Shown: positions 62,001 to 64,000 of the stretch, one piece after another
Position numbering within the stretch: position 1 is the first letter of the stretch
Layout of the letters: each line of letters begins with the position of its first letter
NCBI GenBank assembly: GCA_964199315.1
Contig: OZ116702.1
Coordinates: 21,266,001 to 21,330,000, forward strand
Direction of reading: 5' to 3'
DNA length: 64,000 bases
DNA from: Orbicella franksi
Taxonomy: Eukaryota
Made by a program: the position numbers and the translations under genes
Notes under the pieces: generated by a model
What the model saw: only the letters and a program-made list of their open reading frames with translations
The model's database searches: none
What the model was told of the DNA's origin: nothing

Positions 62001-63710
62001 GTGTTGAAAGAGCTTCCAGTCCACTTGGACGAGGTGCAAGTAAGTTTCGTGACTTGTGTTTTGACTGTAGGTGACTTAATTGCCGATTGTATTGATTTGT
62101 GGAGTTCTATATCATGTGTTGGAGACAACAATACCAGCACGATGCCGCTCTGTGGCTCAATGGGTATTTTTATAAGATATTGCCCATCGTTATAGATACG
62201 TACAGTTTCACGTTAAAATAACAGAATTCCTGACAGAAGAAGGACTATTTAATTTATTGGCAGCCTACGTTTGGAGGCAAATTATGATCAAATACGTAGT
62301 CAAATTCCTATCTAATGAAGTCACGTCATTTCTGTTCATCAAATAGCTAGTATAATTTTTCACAAGTAACATGGGGCAGCGTTACTTCATGCACACTTCT
62401 CTCAGATGTTGCGAGATTAGCTTCAGACCAGGCGGGAAATAAGTTCTAAAAATAAATTTATCGCCTAGCAGGTGTTCGAACAATGCTTATTGTAACGTGT
62501 TTACGAAAACATTGTCACACTTAACAAAAAGATAACGTTGTCAGGAAGGGTTTCAAGAATAGCAAGTTCAACAAGAGATATAATGGTGAAAGCCTCGAGT
62601 CTTTTTTTTTTTAAAGAAAAACTTGGGCAGGACGTGTGAGAACCTCGCAGGGTTTCTTGTGAAGAAAAGCGGTTGCAAATTACTCATCGCTGATTTTTTG
62701 AACGGGATCGGAGAAAAGTCGTACGCATGTAAAACTGAAAGCGAGCAATATCATAACGCAAATAAATATAACCTTATCTTGCTGTTTGGCGCGTTTATAC
62801 TTCGTCGTTTTTTATGGTCCTATTACAGAGTATGCTAAAAAAAATTGTCTAACCTTAGCTACAAACTAATCAGGGGTACTATACTGCACGACCTGTCGTT
62901 AATGCAAACTAAATTGACTTTGCCACTGAACAAAATATCAATCTAGCATGTGTTTCTTTATCAACAGTCTCCCCATCAAGGACTGATGACTCACCTCCTT
63001 CATCGATAAAGTCTTCTACAGACGACGTCACATCCGGTCTTGCCAGGCTTGCTGTCCCAGACCAACCAAGGCGACGTTCCGCAACGGAGGTCGCAAAAAT
63101 CTCCGAGTACGTCAGCGAAAGACAGAAACGTAATTCTCTTCGGAGCGAAGGCTTACGAAAATCAGAGAATACCGAAGTCAGGCCCCGATCGCAGTCGGAC
63201 CTCATTACGACCACACCTTCGGAAGGAGGCAACAAGGAAACAAGGAGTTACACGTTGCCCATTAATTTCTATGCCTCGGAATTTGAAAGAAGCCGACCAT
63301 CGTCCGACAGATCGTCGGACACCTCACTGCCGTTTTCCGATTCCTGCTCGGAAAGCTCCGGTGATTCCGATCACTTGACCGTGGGTAATCCCCGCAGCCC
63401 AAATTACAGAGGTATCTCTAAGAGATGGTCATACGACGAGAATCAAAACGAACGATTAAGAATAGCTGAAGAGCGACTTCTAAATGGACTCATGGGTAGC
63501 GAAGAGGCTGCAAAGCGAAAGAAAATCACTAAAAACCCTCTAGAAAATGTCATCCACTGGGTCATAGAGCCGCCTAAACAGGATCAACCTGCAACAACGC
63601 ACCCAGGTGGAGTACAAAAAGAGAGCCAGCTTCCAAGAAGGCCAGATCCACCAAAACGAGGCGACAGTAGTAAACGAATCAATGTACAGAAAATACAAGA
63701 GTACAGAGAA
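56007..63710 (+). CDS. TANC-like: Rolling pebbles/TANC-family scaffold protein, N-terminal 429 aa (RING finger plus Ser-rich region); continues beyond the window
   Basis: Exons 56007-56172 (CPDCGERYDNSHKRRLIDTCGHPRCYSCLFVDKPCPLC), 58937-59137, 60871-60915, 61908-62039, 62968-63710 (donor GAA|gtaacc). The first four introns are all phase 1; total 1287 nt. The RING closely resembles the recalled Drosophila Rols7 motif KRKLIDTCGHERCYSC...CP.C. The NTPase, ankyrin and TPR domains are not in the window. Confidence 0.7.
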
Positions 63711-64000
63711 GTAACCAATCTTTGATGCGTGCACACGTGAGCAGATGATAAGATTAAACGTTGATAGTCTCCCGAGAGGCTAATGACTTTGAAAACGACT
63801 GACTGAAGTTTGATATTATATTAATATTATATGGAAGCGCTCTGTGGACCGCTGTTGATCGGTGGTCTGTAGGCAGGACTTGATGGGCGCGTCAGAAGAC
63901 ACTTTGACTTATTGAACATGATTTGAGAGCTGATTCTGCATTTTAAGTCTGTTTTATTGTTCAAAGGTTATTCTACGAAATGTGATTTTACTTGAACTTG

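Overview
Eukaryotic, intron-rich, AT-rich animal genomic DNA. The repeat families and gene set look like a scleractinian coral (Acropora-like); this is inference from memory, not a database result. I assembled gene models by hand from GT-AG sites and codon-phase consistency. (1) Minus strand ~15-14787: DYNC2I1/WDR60 (dynein-2 intermediate chain), 21-22 exons, running off the left edge. (2) Head-to-head with it, plus strand ~16.6-25.0 kb: a Tau/MAP2/MAP4-family gene (~787 aa). Its microtubule-binding-repeat exons use the same intron positions and phases as human MAPT exons 11/12/13, but a long basic Ser/Arg/Pro tail follows the repeats. (3) Minus 27592-36033: an uncharacterised ~369-aa type II membrane protein, with a Penelope-like retroelement fragment and a 150-N gap in its introns. 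(4) Minus 39890-41393: a tentative 134-aa secreted protein with an internal Cys/Asp repeat. (5) Plus 56007 to beyond 63710: the 5' part of a rolling-pebbles/TANC-like gene with an N-terminal RING finger. The spacer between genes 1 and 2 holds a TCACG-array MITE and a 40-nt sequence that folds as a minimal type I hammerhead ribozyme. MITEs, SINEs and palindromic repeats are scattered throughout. I found no tRNA, rRNA or CRISPR features.
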